Origin: a virus
IMG/VR virus record: IMGVR_UViG_3300005563_000035
Coordinates: 6,368-70,367 of that record
Length of the DNA: 64,000 nucleotides
Strand: one strand, 5' to 3'
The notes beneath the pieces were generated by a model. The model was not told the DNA's origin, did not search any database, and saw only the letters and a program-made list of their open reading frames with translations. Shown in pieces: positions 20,665 through 30,048 of the stretch (its first letter is position 1; each line of letters starts with the position of its first letter). A program made the translations under genes and the position numbers.

Positions 20665-21484
20665 GGCTCAGCGCGGCGCAGTCCTGACGCCAAACGCCGC
20701 CATCGAGCAGGAATACACGGCGGTCATCCTCACCCTCATCCGCCGCATGTGCGATGAGACGAAGAAGACCCTGCAGCAGGTCTACTCAGACGCCGCGCAT
20801 GGCATGGACGCCGCCGAGGGTGGCATTGACGACCACGACCCCATCAGCCTGAAGGCCCGTGTGGCGCTGAACGGCCTGATGGACAAGTACGAGCCGCTGT
20901 TCAACCGCTGGGCCAAGAAGGCGACCAAGCGGATGATGGATCGCACGGTCAAGAACTCCGGCGTGACGCTCGGCATGAGCCTGCGCCAGATGAGCGCTGC
21001 AGTCACGCTCGACGCCTCCAAGATCACGCCGGCCATGATGGACGTGATCAACGCCAGCACGACGGAAGCGGTCAGCCTCATCAAACTGATCCCGGCCAAG
21101 TACCTAACGAACGTGCAGGGCGCCGTCTCCCGATCGATCACCTCGGGCAATGGCCTGCAGGACTTGGTCCCGTTCCTGGACAAGCAGTACCAGGGCAACG
21201 TTCGGCACGCGCGCAACGTGGCGATTGACCAAACGCGCAAGGCTTACAACAACGTCAACGCCACGCGCATGAGCGACATCGGCGTCAAGACCTACGAATG
21301 GATTCACACCAGTGGGTCCCGCGAACCGAGAGCAGTGCACATCGCCCTGAACGGGAAGGTCTGCAGTCTCGATGAGCCGCCCTACATCGGCGAGATGTAC
21401 GGCGAGCCGGTGTACGGCAAACCCGGCGACCTGCCGTTCTGCCGCTGTCGGATGCGCCCCATCCTGGACTTCTCCAACGACTGA
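20630..21484 (+). CDS. Head morphogenesis protein (SPP1 gp7/Mu F family)
   Basis: IDQTRK...YEW.H...PR..H..LNG...PG..PFCRC. Confidence 0.9.
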   Translation: MTPPKTRQPSLEAQRGAVLTPNAAIEQEYTAVILTLIRRMCDETKKTLQQVYSDAAHGMDAAEGGIDDHDPISLKARVALNGLMDKYEPLFNRWAKKATKRMMDRTVKNSGVTLGMSLRQMSAAVTLDASKITPAMMDVINASTTEAVSLIKLIPAKYLTNVQGAVSRSITSGNGLQDLVPFLDKQYQGNVRHARNVAIDQTRKAYNNVNATRMSDIGVKTYEWIHTSGSREPRAVHIALNGKVCSLDEPPYIGEMYGEPVYGKPGDLPFCRCRMRPILDFSND

Positions 21485-21550
21485 CGGATGAAAGTCCGCC
21501 AGATCCACAAGGCCCGCCAAGCGCGGGTCTTTTCAATTGCAGACACCGCC

Positions 21551-23269
21551 ATGCCCCTCCACCAAGGTTCGAGCGAAGCAGTCATCGCCGAGAACATTGA
21601 GGAACTGCGCGCGGCCGGTCACTCGGAGGCGCAGTCTGTCGCCATCGCCGAGCATGAGGCCAAGGACGCCATGACGGAATTCGGCGCGGCAGGCATCGTC
21701 TACCTGACGGGTGGGCGCGTCTTGCTGCTGATGCGCTCGGATCGATCGCGCGCCTATCCGTCGACGTGGGGATTTCCGGCTGGTGGCATTGAAGAGGGCG
21801 AGTCTCCCGAGCAAGCCGCCACCCGCGAATCCGTCGAAGAGACCGGCCACGCTCCAAGCTCGCTGACGCTGCTGTCGGATGACGGGCAGTTCCGCCTGTT
21901 CCTCTGCCTTGGCGATGTCTTCGGCCCGACGCTGAACGACGAGCACACCGGCTACATCTGGGCGCCAATCGAGAGTCTGCCCGAACCGCTGCACCCAGCG
22001 ATTGACGAGCAGGTCGCGATGGCGTGGGCGAAGGCGCAAGAGAAGGCCGAGCCGTCAGTTGCCTCCGACACCATGGACGGGCTGGATGCCTTCGCCATGG
22101 ACAAGGAATCCGCGCGCCAGATCGACACCAACGGTTGGTTTGAGGTCAAGCGCAACCCCATCTCCAAGGTCGGCATCTTCGACTACTCCGGCCGCCAGGT
22201 CGGCGACGCCGAGAACCCCGACAAGCGCTATCGCGTCCTGCGCCCCGCTGAAGAACTGAGCGACCCCGAGACGCTCGACTCCTTCCGCCTCATCCCGTGG
22301 ATCGACAACCACGTCATGTTGGGCAGCGAAGAGCAGGGCCTCATGCCCGCGGAGCGCAAGGGCGTCCAGGGCGTGACCGGTGAAGACGTGTTCTACGAGA
22401 ACGGCACCGTCTTCGCCAACCTCAAGGTTTTCTCCCAATCCATGGCAGGCCTGATCGAAGCCGGGAAGCGGGAATTGTCGTGCGGCTATCGCTGTGTCTA
22501 TGACTTCACCCCGGGCGTGTTCCAGGGCGAGGCCTACGACTGCATCCAGCGAACGATTCGCGGCAATCACTTGGCCCTCGTTCATTCGGGGCGCATGGGT
22601 CCGGACGTGGCAGTCCTGGACTCGATCGATCACACCACCACCACCGAAACTAAGGAGCCACCCATGGCTGAAACCAAAGACGGGGGCGGCTCCGGCAATG
22701 CGCTGGACACCGCACTCGCGACCCTGAAGACCGCCACCCCGGCGGAGCGCAAGGCCCACCTGATGGCGCTGCGCGCCGTGATGGACGAAGCCGGCGACCC
22801 GAAGGAAGACAAGGAAGAGAAGAAGGCCGAGGACGCCGACGAAGACGACGACAAGTCGGACAAGAAGGACGCCAAGGACAGCGATCAGGACATGAAGGAA
22901 GACAAGGCCGAGGCCAAAGACTCCGACATGAAGATGGACGACATCGCCAAGCACCCGAACGCCATGGACGCCGCGACCGTCTTCAAGACCGTCACCGGCG
23001 AGATCAAGCGCCGCGACGCCCTGGCCAAGCAACTGTCCGTGCACGTCGGCACCTTCGACCACTCCGAGATGACCGAGTCGGAAGTCGCCGCGTACGGCGT
23101 CAAGAAGCTTGGCCTGGATGCGCCCAAGGGCCAGGAAGCCGCGATGCTCGCCGGCTACCTCAAGGCTGCGACCGACCCCGCCAAGACCCAGGTCGCCAAG
23201 ACCTCCACCGCGATGGACGCCGGCACCGCCGACTTCGTCACCGCGTTCCTCACCCGCAAGGAGGGCTAA
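21551..23269 (+). CDS. NUDIX-domain / DUF2213 prohead protease-scaffold fusion
   Basis: Nudix box [22 protein letters not shown]; DUF2213 motifs NPISKVG, ELSCGY, NHLALV..GR.G; acidic scaffold tail. Confidence 0.88.
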   Translation: MPLHQGSSEAVIAENIEELRAAGHSEAQSVAIAEHEAKDAMTEFGAAGIVYLTGGRVLLLMRSDRSRAYPSTWGFPAGGIEEGESPEQAATRESVEETGHAPSSLTLLSDDGQFRLFLCLGDVFGPTLNDEHTGYIWAPIESLPEPLHPAIDEQVAMAWAKAQEKAEPSVASDTMDGLDAFAMDKESARQIDTNGWFEVKRNPISKVGIFDYSGRQVGDAENPDKRYRVLRPAEELSDPETLDSFRLIPWIDNHVMLGSEEQGLMPAERKGVQGVTGEDVFYENGTVFANLKVFSQSMAGLIEAGKRELSCGYRCVYDFTPGVFQGEAYDCIQRTIRGNHLALVHSGRMGPDVAVLDSIDHTTTTETKEPPMAETKDGGGSGNALDTALATLKTATPAERKAHLMALRAVMDEAGDPKEDKEEKKAEDADEDDDKSDKKDAKDSDQDMKEDKAEAKDSDMKMDDIAKHPNAMDAATVFKTVTGEIKRRDALAKQLSVHVGTFDHSEMTESEVAAYGVKKLGLDAPKGQEAAMLAGYLKAATDPAKTQVAKTSTAMDAGTADFVTAFLTRKEG

Positions 23270-23272
23270 GCC

Positions 23273-23779
23273 ATGAGCGCTTTCCAATCCACCGTCAACG
23301 TCAACTACGGCTTCGGCGTCATCGGCGAGGTCTTCAACGACGGCCCGACGCGCGCCAGCTCGCGCATCGTCAACTCGTCTGGCACCGCCAACGTCATCGG
23401 CTATGCCTACACGCGATCGAACACCACCGACGTCTGCACCGTCGGCGGCGCGATCACGAACGGCTCAACCGTCTTCGGCGGCATCCTCTGCAACCCGAAG
23501 GAATACGCCTCGTACGGCACGACCTCCGGCACCCTGCAGCCGACGCTCACCGTGCCGGACAACTGGCAAGGCGACTTCCTCGAGATGGGCACGATCGTCG
23601 TCGCCCTGACGACCGCGGCCAACATCGGCGACCTCGTGACCTACAACCTGACGACCGGTGCCCTGGGCGCCGTCGCGCCGGGTTCGTCGGCCCCGGGCGG
23701 CTCCGCTCTCGTCCCGAACGCCGTCGTGCGTTCCTACACCTCTGCGGCTGGCCTCGTGGCGATCCGCCTGACCAACTAA
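23273..23779 (+). CDS. Head decoration/cement protein
   Basis: FQSTVN...GFGV.GE pattern; lies between scaffold and capsid genes. Confidence 0.75.
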   Translation: MSAFQSTVNVNYGFGVIGEVFNDGPTRASSRIVNSSGTANVIGYAYTRSNTTDVCTVGGAITNGSTVFGGILCNPKEYASYGTTSGTLQPTLTVPDNWQGDFLEMGTIVVALTTAANIGDLVTYNLTTGALGAVAPGSSAPGGSALVPNAVVRSYTSAAGLVAIRLTN

Positions 23780-23792
23780 GGAGGGTTGGATC

Positions 23793-24932
23793 ATGACCAA
23801 GCAAGTCTCGATGGTGCACTCGCACCAAGATCCGCGCAGCTTCGTGGACGCCTCCGGTCGTCCGCGCACGATGCAGATGTCGATGGACCAGGTCGAGGGC
23901 TACCAAGCCCTCGCCAAGATCGGCATCAACCTGCCGCCCGCGCAAGTCGCCCAGATGGCTCGCGCCGTCGGCTACGCGATGGACGATCAGCAGGGCCTCG
24001 TCACCACGGCAACGATTGGCACCCCGGTGCAGTTCCTGCAACAGTGGCTGCCGGGCTTCGTGCGCATCCAAACGGCGGCGCGCAAGATCGACAACCTCAT
24101 CGGCATGTCGACCGTCGGCTCGTGGGAAGACGAGGAAGTCGTGCAGGGTGTCCTGGAGCCGGTCGGCGGCGCGGTGCCCTACGCGGACTACTCGAACGTC
24201 TCGCTGTCCTCGTGGAACGTGAACTTCGAGCGCCGCACCGTCGTGCGCTTCGAAAAGGGCACGGAAGTGTTCCGCCTGGAAGCGGCACGCGCGGCTCGCC
24301 TGCGCATCGACTCGGCGGCTGAGAAGCGCAACAGCGCCGCTCTGTCGCTCGAGGTGCAGCGCAACACGATCGGCTTCTCGGGCTACAACGGCGGCAACAA
24401 CCGCACGTATGGCTTCCTGAACGACCCGAGCCTGCCGGCGTACTACACCGTGGCCGCCGGTGCGTCCTCGTCCACCCTGTGGGCGAACAAGACGTTCACC
24501 GAGATCACGGCGGACATCCGCCAGGCCGCGGCCAAGCTGCAAACGCAGTCGCAAGACCTGATCAACCCGGGCACCACGCCGACGACCCTGGCCGTCTCGA
24601 CGAACAACTACGCCTACCTGTCGACGGTGGCGGTCTACGGCAACCAGTCTGTCATGGGCTGGATCCGCGAGACCTACCCGATGATGCGCGTCGAGTCGGC
24701 TCCCCAGCTGAACTCGGCCAACGGTGGCGCGAACGTGTTCTACCTGTACGCCGAGTCCGTCGAAGACGGCTCCACGGACAACGGCCGCGTGTTCGACCAG
24801 ATCGTTCCGGCCAAGTTCATGGCGCTCGGCGTGCAGCAGCTGCCGAAGTCGGTCGTCGAAGACTACGCTTGCGCTACGGCCGGCGTTCTTCTGAAGCGCC
24901 CGTACGCCGTGGTGCGCGCCAGCGGCATCTGA
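23793..24932 (+). CDS. Major capsid protein (DUF2184 family)
   Basis: G.W.DEE.VQ..LE..G....Y.D; YGFLNDPSLP; ATAGV.LKRPYAV. Confidence 0.92.
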   Translation: MTKQVSMVHSHQDPRSFVDASGRPRTMQMSMDQVEGYQALAKIGINLPPAQVAQMARAVGYAMDDQQGLVTTATIGTPVQFLQQWLPGFVRIQTAARKIDNLIGMSTVGSWEDEEVVQGVLEPVGGAVPYADYSNVSLSSWNVNFERRTVVRFEKGTEVFRLEAARAARLRIDSAAEKRNSAALSLEVQRNTIGFSGYNGGNNRTYGFLNDPSLPAYYTVAAGASSSTLWANKTFTEITADIRQAAAKLQTQSQDLINPGTTPTTLAVSTNNYAYLSTVAVYGNQSVMGWIRETYPMMRVESAPQLNSANGGANVFYLYAESVEDGSTDNGRVFDQIVPAKFMALGVQQLPKSVVEDYACATAGVLLKRPYAVVRASGI

Positions 24933-24956
24933 CCCCGGCGGACTGTCCGCTCCCCG

Positions 24957-24989
24957 AAGGCCTCGCGGCAACCCCGCGGGGCCTTTTTC
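24957..24989 (+). terminator. Intrinsic terminator after the capsid gene
   Basis: AAGGCCTCGCGG...CCGCGGGGCCTTTTT. Confidence 0.75.
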
Positions 24990-25015
24990 ATTCCACCCGA
25001 TAGAAGAGAAACCGC

Positions 25016-25411
25016 ATGCCCCACGTCTTCAGCACCCTGGCCACCAACATGGGCTACACCGAATGGCTGCCTCCGCCCGATGGCGGCGCGCTCCCCGTCG
25101 AAGGCCGAACTATCCACGTCAAGGGTGGCGCCACCGTCGCTCACAAGTCCGGCAGCTCCGACGTCTGGACGCCGCTGGGCTTCGGCACGCAGGTCACGGA
25201 CGAAGAACTCGAAGTGCTGGAGAAGAACAGCGTGTTCCAGATCCACAAGAAGAACGGCTACATCACCGTCCAGAAGAAGGACACGGCCGTCGAAAAGGCC
25301 GTGGCCGACATGAACCGCGTGGACAAGTCCAGCCCGAAGACCGAGGCTGACTTCCCGGACTTCATCGTGACGATCGACACGCCGAAGTCCAGCGACCCGC
25401 ATCGCATCTGA
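25016..25411 (+). CDS. Virion morphogenesis protein (hypothetical)
   Basis: Conserved position after the major capsid gene; T.VTDEELE.L..N.VF..H..NG.I. Confidence 0.7.
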   Translation: MPHVFSTLATNMGYTEWLPPPDGGALPVEGRTIHVKGGATVAHKSGSSDVWTPLGFGTQVTDEELEVLEKNSVFQIHKKNGYITVQKKDTAVEKAVADMNRVDKSSPKTEADFPDFIVTIDTPKSSDPHRI

Positions 25412-25425
25412 CCTGAGCGCGCGCC

Positions 25426-25872
25426 GTGGCCCTGCACACTTTCGATCTGGCGTCGTTCCAGGCGGCATGCCCCGCGCTGGCGGCGACGGATCCGACCGCG
25501 CTGGCGGCCACGTTCGGGGTGGCGTCCAACATCATGACGCCGTACGACGGTTGCCTGCTCAGCGGCGACTCGTTGCAACTAGGCCTGAACCTCATGACGG
25601 GCCACCTGACCCAGATCAGCGCCATGTTGGTCGCTGACCCTGGCGCGGTGGTCGGCCCGGTGGCCGGCGCGACCGAGGGCTCCGTGAGCCTGCAGGTTGT
25701 CCCGTCGCCGGCCACGAGCGGCTGGCAGTATTGGCTGGCCAGCACGCCGTACGGTCTTCAACTCTGGGCACTGCTCAGCGTGAAGTCGGCCGGCGGCATC
25801 ATGGTGGGCGGCTCTCTGGAGCGCGCCTCGTTCCGCCAGGCCGGCGGCGGCTTCCTTGGCCGGTGCTTCTGA
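25426..25872 (+). CDS. Head-tail adaptor (DUF4054)
   Basis: LM.GHL...ATEGSVS...WL..TPYG.Q.WAL. Confidence 0.8.
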   Translation: MALHTFDLASFQAACPALAATDPTALAATFGVASNIMTPYDGCLLSGDSLQLGLNLMTGHLTQISAMLVADPGAVVGPVAGATEGSVSLQVVPSPATSGWQYWLASTPYGLQLWALLSVKSAGGIMVGGSLERASFRQAGGGFLGRCF

Positions 25873-26429
25873 TGGCTGGCAAGTTCGACCTGAGTCGCGT
25901 GATGGCCAAGATCGACGCCATCGGCGCCGGCTTCGCCAATCGCGAGGCCAAGGTCGGGTTCTTTCCCGGCGCCATCTACGAGGATGGGACGTCAGTCGCT
26001 TATGTCGCGACGATCCAGGAGTTCGGCGCGCCAGAGCAGGCGATCCCACCGCGCCCATTCATGCGCCCAACGATCGAGGACAAGAAGAACGAATGGTCGG
26101 CCGACATCGCTGGCGGCATGCGTCGCGTGCTCAAGGGCCAGATGACGACCGATGACGTGCTTGACGCTGTCGGGGCTGCCGCTGCCGCGGACGTCGCGAA
26201 GACTCTGGCGGCTGGCGACTTCACGGCGCTGTCCCCGATCACGCTGATGATCCGCAAGATGAAGGACGAGCACAAGGGCGACCCGAGCTGGCGCATGTCT
26301 GGCGCCAAGGTCGGCGAGGCCGCGCGCCGCGTGGCTGCCGGCGAGCCCGGATCTGACCGCACGACGCCTCTGGACGACACGGGCCTCCTGATCGCCTCCG
26401 TCCAACACCAAGTCGGCGACCCGTCGTGA
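25872..26429 (+). CDS. Neck/tail-completion protein
   Basis: VAYVA.IQEFG....IPPRPFMR; PL.DTG.L..S. Confidence 0.8.
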   Translation: MAGKFDLSRVMAKIDAIGAGFANREAKVGFFPGAIYEDGTSVAYVATIQEFGAPEQAIPPRPFMRPTIEDKKNEWSADIAGGMRRVLKGQMTTDDVLDAVGAAAAADVAKTLAAGDFTALSPITLMIRKMKDEHKGDPSWRMSGAKVGEAARRVAAGEPGSDRTTPLDDTGLLIASVQHQVGDPS

Positions 26430-26803
26430 ACCTCCACCAACGCGTGAGCGGGATCATCTCCCGGGTGAATCCGATGCTGACGGTCACGGTGCGCCATGCG
26501 ACCGGCGTAACGCAGAACGCAGACTTCACGCGCGTCCCGACGTACAGCACGACGACGATGCTGGGCCAAGTCCAGGCGCTGACCTCCGCCGAGCTCGCCC
26601 AGGTCGACGGCCTGAACATCCAGGGCGAGAAGCTGGCGATCTACGTCAACGGAAACCTTGAGGGTGTGAGCCGGCCGGATAACGCGGGCGGCGACCTCGT
26701 GACGTTGCCTGATGGGTCGGTCTGGCTGGTGACGATCATGCTCGAGAACTGGAATCGCATGGATGGCTGGACGAAGGCAGCCATCGTCAGGCAGCCGTCA
26801 TGA
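26426..26803 (+). CDS. Head-closure-like protein
   Basis: Synteny; QVQAL...L..DGLNIQG...GGD. Confidence 0.7.
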   Translation: MNLHQRVSGIISRVNPMLTVTVRHATGVTQNADFTRVPTYSTTTMLGQVQALTSAELAQVDGLNIQGEKLAIYVNGNLEGVSRPDNAGGDLVTLPDGSVWLVTIMLENWNRMDGWTKAAIVRQPS

Positions 26804-27345
26804 CCCAACCGACCCTGAGCATCACCGAGAGCAATGCCTTGCAGGCGCTCGGTCAGTTCCTCGTGGCTGTGCTGCCCACTGGCACCGCCATCGTGGTCGG
26901 CCAGGACAACCGTGTTCCGCTGCCGCAGGCTACGAACTACGCCGTGATGACGCCGATCACTCGCACCCGGTTGGCCACGAACCTGACCGAGTACACCGAC
27001 GGCTTCCCGTCCAACCCGCAAACGCGGCAGGACACCATGAGCACGAACATGACCATCCAGGTGGACACGTTCGGCCCGCTGTCGGGCGACAACGCCCAGA
27101 TCCTCGCCACCCTGTTCCGTTCCGATTGGGGCGTGGACCAGTTCGACGCCATGGCCCTCGGCGCAACTCCGCTCTACACGAGCGAACCGCGCCAGATGAA
27201 GTTCCTGGACGAGTCTCACCAGATCCAGCAACGCTGGACGACGGACTGCTACCTGCAGGTTGACCCGGTTGTCACCGTGTCGCAGGACTTCGCCGCCGAG
27301 CTCGTCGCCGGAGTCATTGACGTCGACGCCGCGTACCCCGCCTGA
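26800..27345 (+). CDS. Tail/neck terminator protein
   Basis: GQ.NRVP.P...QVD.FGP...PLY...P.Q. Confidence 0.7.
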   Translation: MTQPTLSITESNALQALGQFLVAVLPTGTAIVVGQDNRVPLPQATNYAVMTPITRTRLATNLTEYTDGFPSNPQTRQDTMSTNMTIQVDTFGPLSGDNAQILATLFRSDWGVDQFDAMALGATPLYTSEPRQMKFLDESHQIQQRWTTDCYLQVDPVVTVSQDFAAELVAGVIDVDAAYPA

Positions 27346-27364
27346 CCAGACACCACACCGCATA

Positions 27365-27389
27365 GAGCCGCCTTCGGGCGGCTTTTTTC
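27365..27389 (+). terminator. Intrinsic terminator
   Basis: GAGCCGCC-TTCG-GGCGGCTTTTTT. Confidence 0.8.
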
Positions 27390-27438
27390 ATTCCCGACCG
27401 CCGCGGCACGCCCGCAACAACCAAGTCCCGGAGCGTCC

Positions 27439-28941
27439 ATGACGAAGTCCATCCCCGCCAGCTATTTCGTGTCGATCGTCCCGGGCGTCATCAGCGCCGG
27501 GGGCTCGGCACTCGACCTCAACGGCCTGATGCTGACCAATGGCACCCGAACGCCCATCGGCTCGGTGCTGTCGTTCGCTTCGGCCGCTGCCGTGGCGACG
27601 TACTACGGCGCCAGCAGCACGGAGGCGACGGCGGCTGCGGTCTACTTCGCCGGCTTCGACAACTCCAACGTCAAGCCTGGCGCGCTGCTGGTGGCGCAGT
27701 ACAACACGGCCAACGTTGCCGCCTACCTGCGCGGCGCCTCGGTTTCTTCGCTGACGCTGGCCCAGCTGCAGGCCCTGACCGGCACGCTGATCATCACGAC
27801 CGATGGCACCCAGAAGACCTCGGGCACGATCACCCTATCTGGCGCGACCAGCTTCTCGAACGCCGCCACGATCATCCAGGCCGCGTTCACGACGCCGAAC
27901 TTCACCGTCTCGTATGACAGCGTCTCGGGCGCCTTCGTGTTCACGAGCAACACCACTGGCGCGAGCTCGACCATCACGTACTGCACGGGCACGCTGGCTG
28001 ACGCCCTGAACCTGCGTCTTGCTGATGGCGCGGTCACTTCGCAAGGCGCCGTCACCGCTGTGCCGGGCACGTTCATGACGGCCATCACCGGCATCACCCA
28101 GGACTGGGCCTCGTTCTTCACGTCCTTCGACCCGGACAACGGCTCTGGCAACACCCTGAAGCTGGCCTTTGCGAACTGGAACAACACCCAAGGCAACCGC
28201 TACGCCTACATCGCCTGGGACACGGACGCCAGCCCCACGACGACCGTGCCGGCCACGACCTCGCTGGGCTACCTGCTGTCGCAGTCGAGCGTGTCGGGCA
28301 CCAGCCTGATCTACGCCCCCGCGCTCGACAAGGCGGCGTACCAGTCGGGCGCCATCGCCTCGGTGGACTTCAGCGAGAAGAACGGCAGCACGAACTTCGC
28401 CTATCGGATGCAGTCGGGCCTGACCCCGGATGTCACCGACCTGACGACGCTGACCAACCTGATCGCCAATGGCTACAACGCCTACAGCGCGGTCGCCACG
28501 GCCAACCAGAACTTCCAGTACATGTACCCGGGCAGCGTGTCCGGCCAATACCTGTGGCTGCAGGACTACGTCAACCAGATCTGGCTGAACAACGCCCTGC
28601 AACTGTCGCTGATGGAACTCCTGACCTCGGTCAAGAGCATCCCGTACAACGCGGCCGGCTACGCGCTGATCCGTGCGGCCTGCATGGACCCGATCAACGC
28701 CGCCGTCAACTTCGGCGCGATCCAGCCGGGCGTGACGCTGTCGGCCCTGCAGATCGCCGAGGTTAACAACGCGGCCGGCGTGAAGATCGACAAGACCCTC
28801 TCGGCGCAGGGCTGGTACCTCCAAGTGCTCGATGCCACCGCGCAAGTCCGCGGTCAGCGCAAATCGCCGCCCATTTCGCTCTGGTACACCAGCGGGGGCT
28901 CCGTCAACCAGATCAACCTGGCTTCCATCGAAGTCGCCTGA
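27439..28941 (+). CDS. Contractile tail sheath protein (DUF3383)
   Basis: IPAS..V...PGV...GG....LNGL; SIPYN..GY; WY..GG. Confidence 0.9.
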   Translation: MTKSIPASYFVSIVPGVISAGGSALDLNGLMLTNGTRTPIGSVLSFASAAAVATYYGASSTEATAAAVYFAGFDNSNVKPGALLVAQYNTANVAAYLRGASVSSLTLAQLQALTGTLIITTDGTQKTSGTITLSGATSFSNAATIIQAAFTTPNFTVSYDSVSGAFVFTSNTTGASSTITYCTGTLADALNLRLADGAVTSQGAVTAVPGTFMTAITGITQDWASFFTSFDPDNGSGNTLKLAFANWNNTQGNRYAYIAWDTDASPTTTVPATTSLGYLLSQSSVSGTSLIYAPALDKAAYQSGAIASVDFSEKNGSTNFAYRMQSGLTPDVTDLTTLTNLIANGYNAYSAVATANQNFQYMYPGSVSGQYLWLQDYVNQIWLNNALQLSLMELLTSVKSIPYNAAGYALIRAACMDPINAAVNFGAIQPGVTLSALQIAEVNNAAGVKIDKTLSAQGWYLQVLDATAQVRGQRKSPPISLWYTSGGSVNQINLASIEVA

Positions 28942-29000
28942 TCCCGTCCATCAACGCCTAGCGGCCACCTCCGGGTGGCCGTTTGCATTTCGGAGCCAAC

Positions 29001-29432
29001 ATGGCCACTCTCACCTCCGCCACCGCGATCATCACGCTTCAGGTCGCCGGCATCTTCGACACCCCGGTGCAACTCCAGCAGTTCATGGCCGAGGACATCT
29101 TCGACATGCCCACGGCAACCCACGCCGAGGTGGTGATGGGTGCGGACGGCGTGCAGTCGGCTGGCTTCGTGTTCACCTCCCGGCCGCAGACATTCGCACT
29201 CCAGGCCAACAGCCCATCGTGCGACCTGCTGGACGAGTGGATCAACGCCGAGATCCAGTCGATCGACACCTTCCGGGCCGACGCGACCATCACGCTGCGC
29301 GGTCTGGGCAAGGTCTGGACGTGCAGCAACGGCACGCTGACCAACTACAACCAGATCCCGGACGCCAAGAAGATCCTCCAGGGTCGAAAGTTCACCATCA
29401 CCTGGGAACGCGTTGTTGCGTCGCCGCTGTAA
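29001..29432 (+). CDS. Tail tube protein
   Basis: Follows sheath; MGADG..SAG.V...LQA.SPS. Confidence 0.8.
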   Translation: MATLTSATAIITLQVAGIFDTPVQLQQFMAEDIFDMPTATHAEVVMGADGVQSAGFVFTSRPQTFALQANSPSCDLLDEWINAEIQSIDTFRADATITLRGLGKVWTCSNGTLTNYNQIPDAKKILQGRKFTITWERVVASPL

Positions 29433-29827
29433 TGCGCAAGACCGCCGACATCACCATCACGGCCGAGGGCCGGGACGTCAACAAGGTATTCCGCATCACG
29501 GAAATGGCCGCGAGTCAGGCTGAGGACTGGGCGATCCGCGCCATCATGGCCATCGCCAAGGGAGGCCTGGAGATCCCTGATGGCATTCCTCAGTCGCTGG
29601 CCGGCATCGCCATTCTCGGTTTCAAGGCGCTGGCGACCGCAGACTATGCGACCGCCAAGCCGCTGCTGGACGAGATGATGGGGTGTGTCCAGATCGTCAC
29701 GAGCTCGGGGGCCGTGCGCAAGCTGATGGAAGAGGACATCGAAGAGATCGCCACGCGCATCCAACTGCGCAAGGAAGTCTTCGAGGTGCACACGGGTTTT
29801 TTCGGTCGCGTCGCCAGCCTGAACTAG
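29432..29827 (+). CDS. Tail assembly chaperone (gpG-like)
   Basis: GRD..K.F.ITEM.A.QAE.WA.R; DIEE..T...LRKE...H.GF. Confidence 0.8.
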   Translation: MRKTADITITAEGRDVNKVFRITEMAASQAEDWAIRAIMAIAKGGLEIPDGIPQSLAGIAILGFKALATADYATAKPLLDEMMGCVQIVTSSGAVRKLMEEDIEEIATRIQLRKEVFEVHTGFFGRVASLN

Positions 29828-30045
29828 ATCCTTTCGCCGCTGACCTCGGGTCGGCCGGCGCGCGCTACGCCCAGTGCGCCAATGTGCCGCTGACCATCTC
29901 AGCCGTCATCACGAGCCCGCTGCGCCTGGCGACGCTGCATGAGCTCCAGACGGTCTACGGGGCAGAAGATCTGTTCAATTTCCTCGAGGTGCTCGAGGTA
30001 TACCGCTACAACCAGGCGCTACAGGCCAAGTACAACCAGGACTGA
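29794..30045 (+). CDS. Tail chaperone frameshift extension (gpT-like)
   Basis: G GGT TTT slippery site at 29794-29800; the -1 frame is open to 30045 and encodes LATLHELQTVYG.EDL. Confidence 0.7.
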   Translation, partial: GFFRSRRQPELDPFAADLGSAGARYAQCANVPLTISAVITSPLRLATLHELQTVYGAEDLFNFLEVLEVYRYNQALQAKYNQD

Positions 30046-30048
30046 CCT

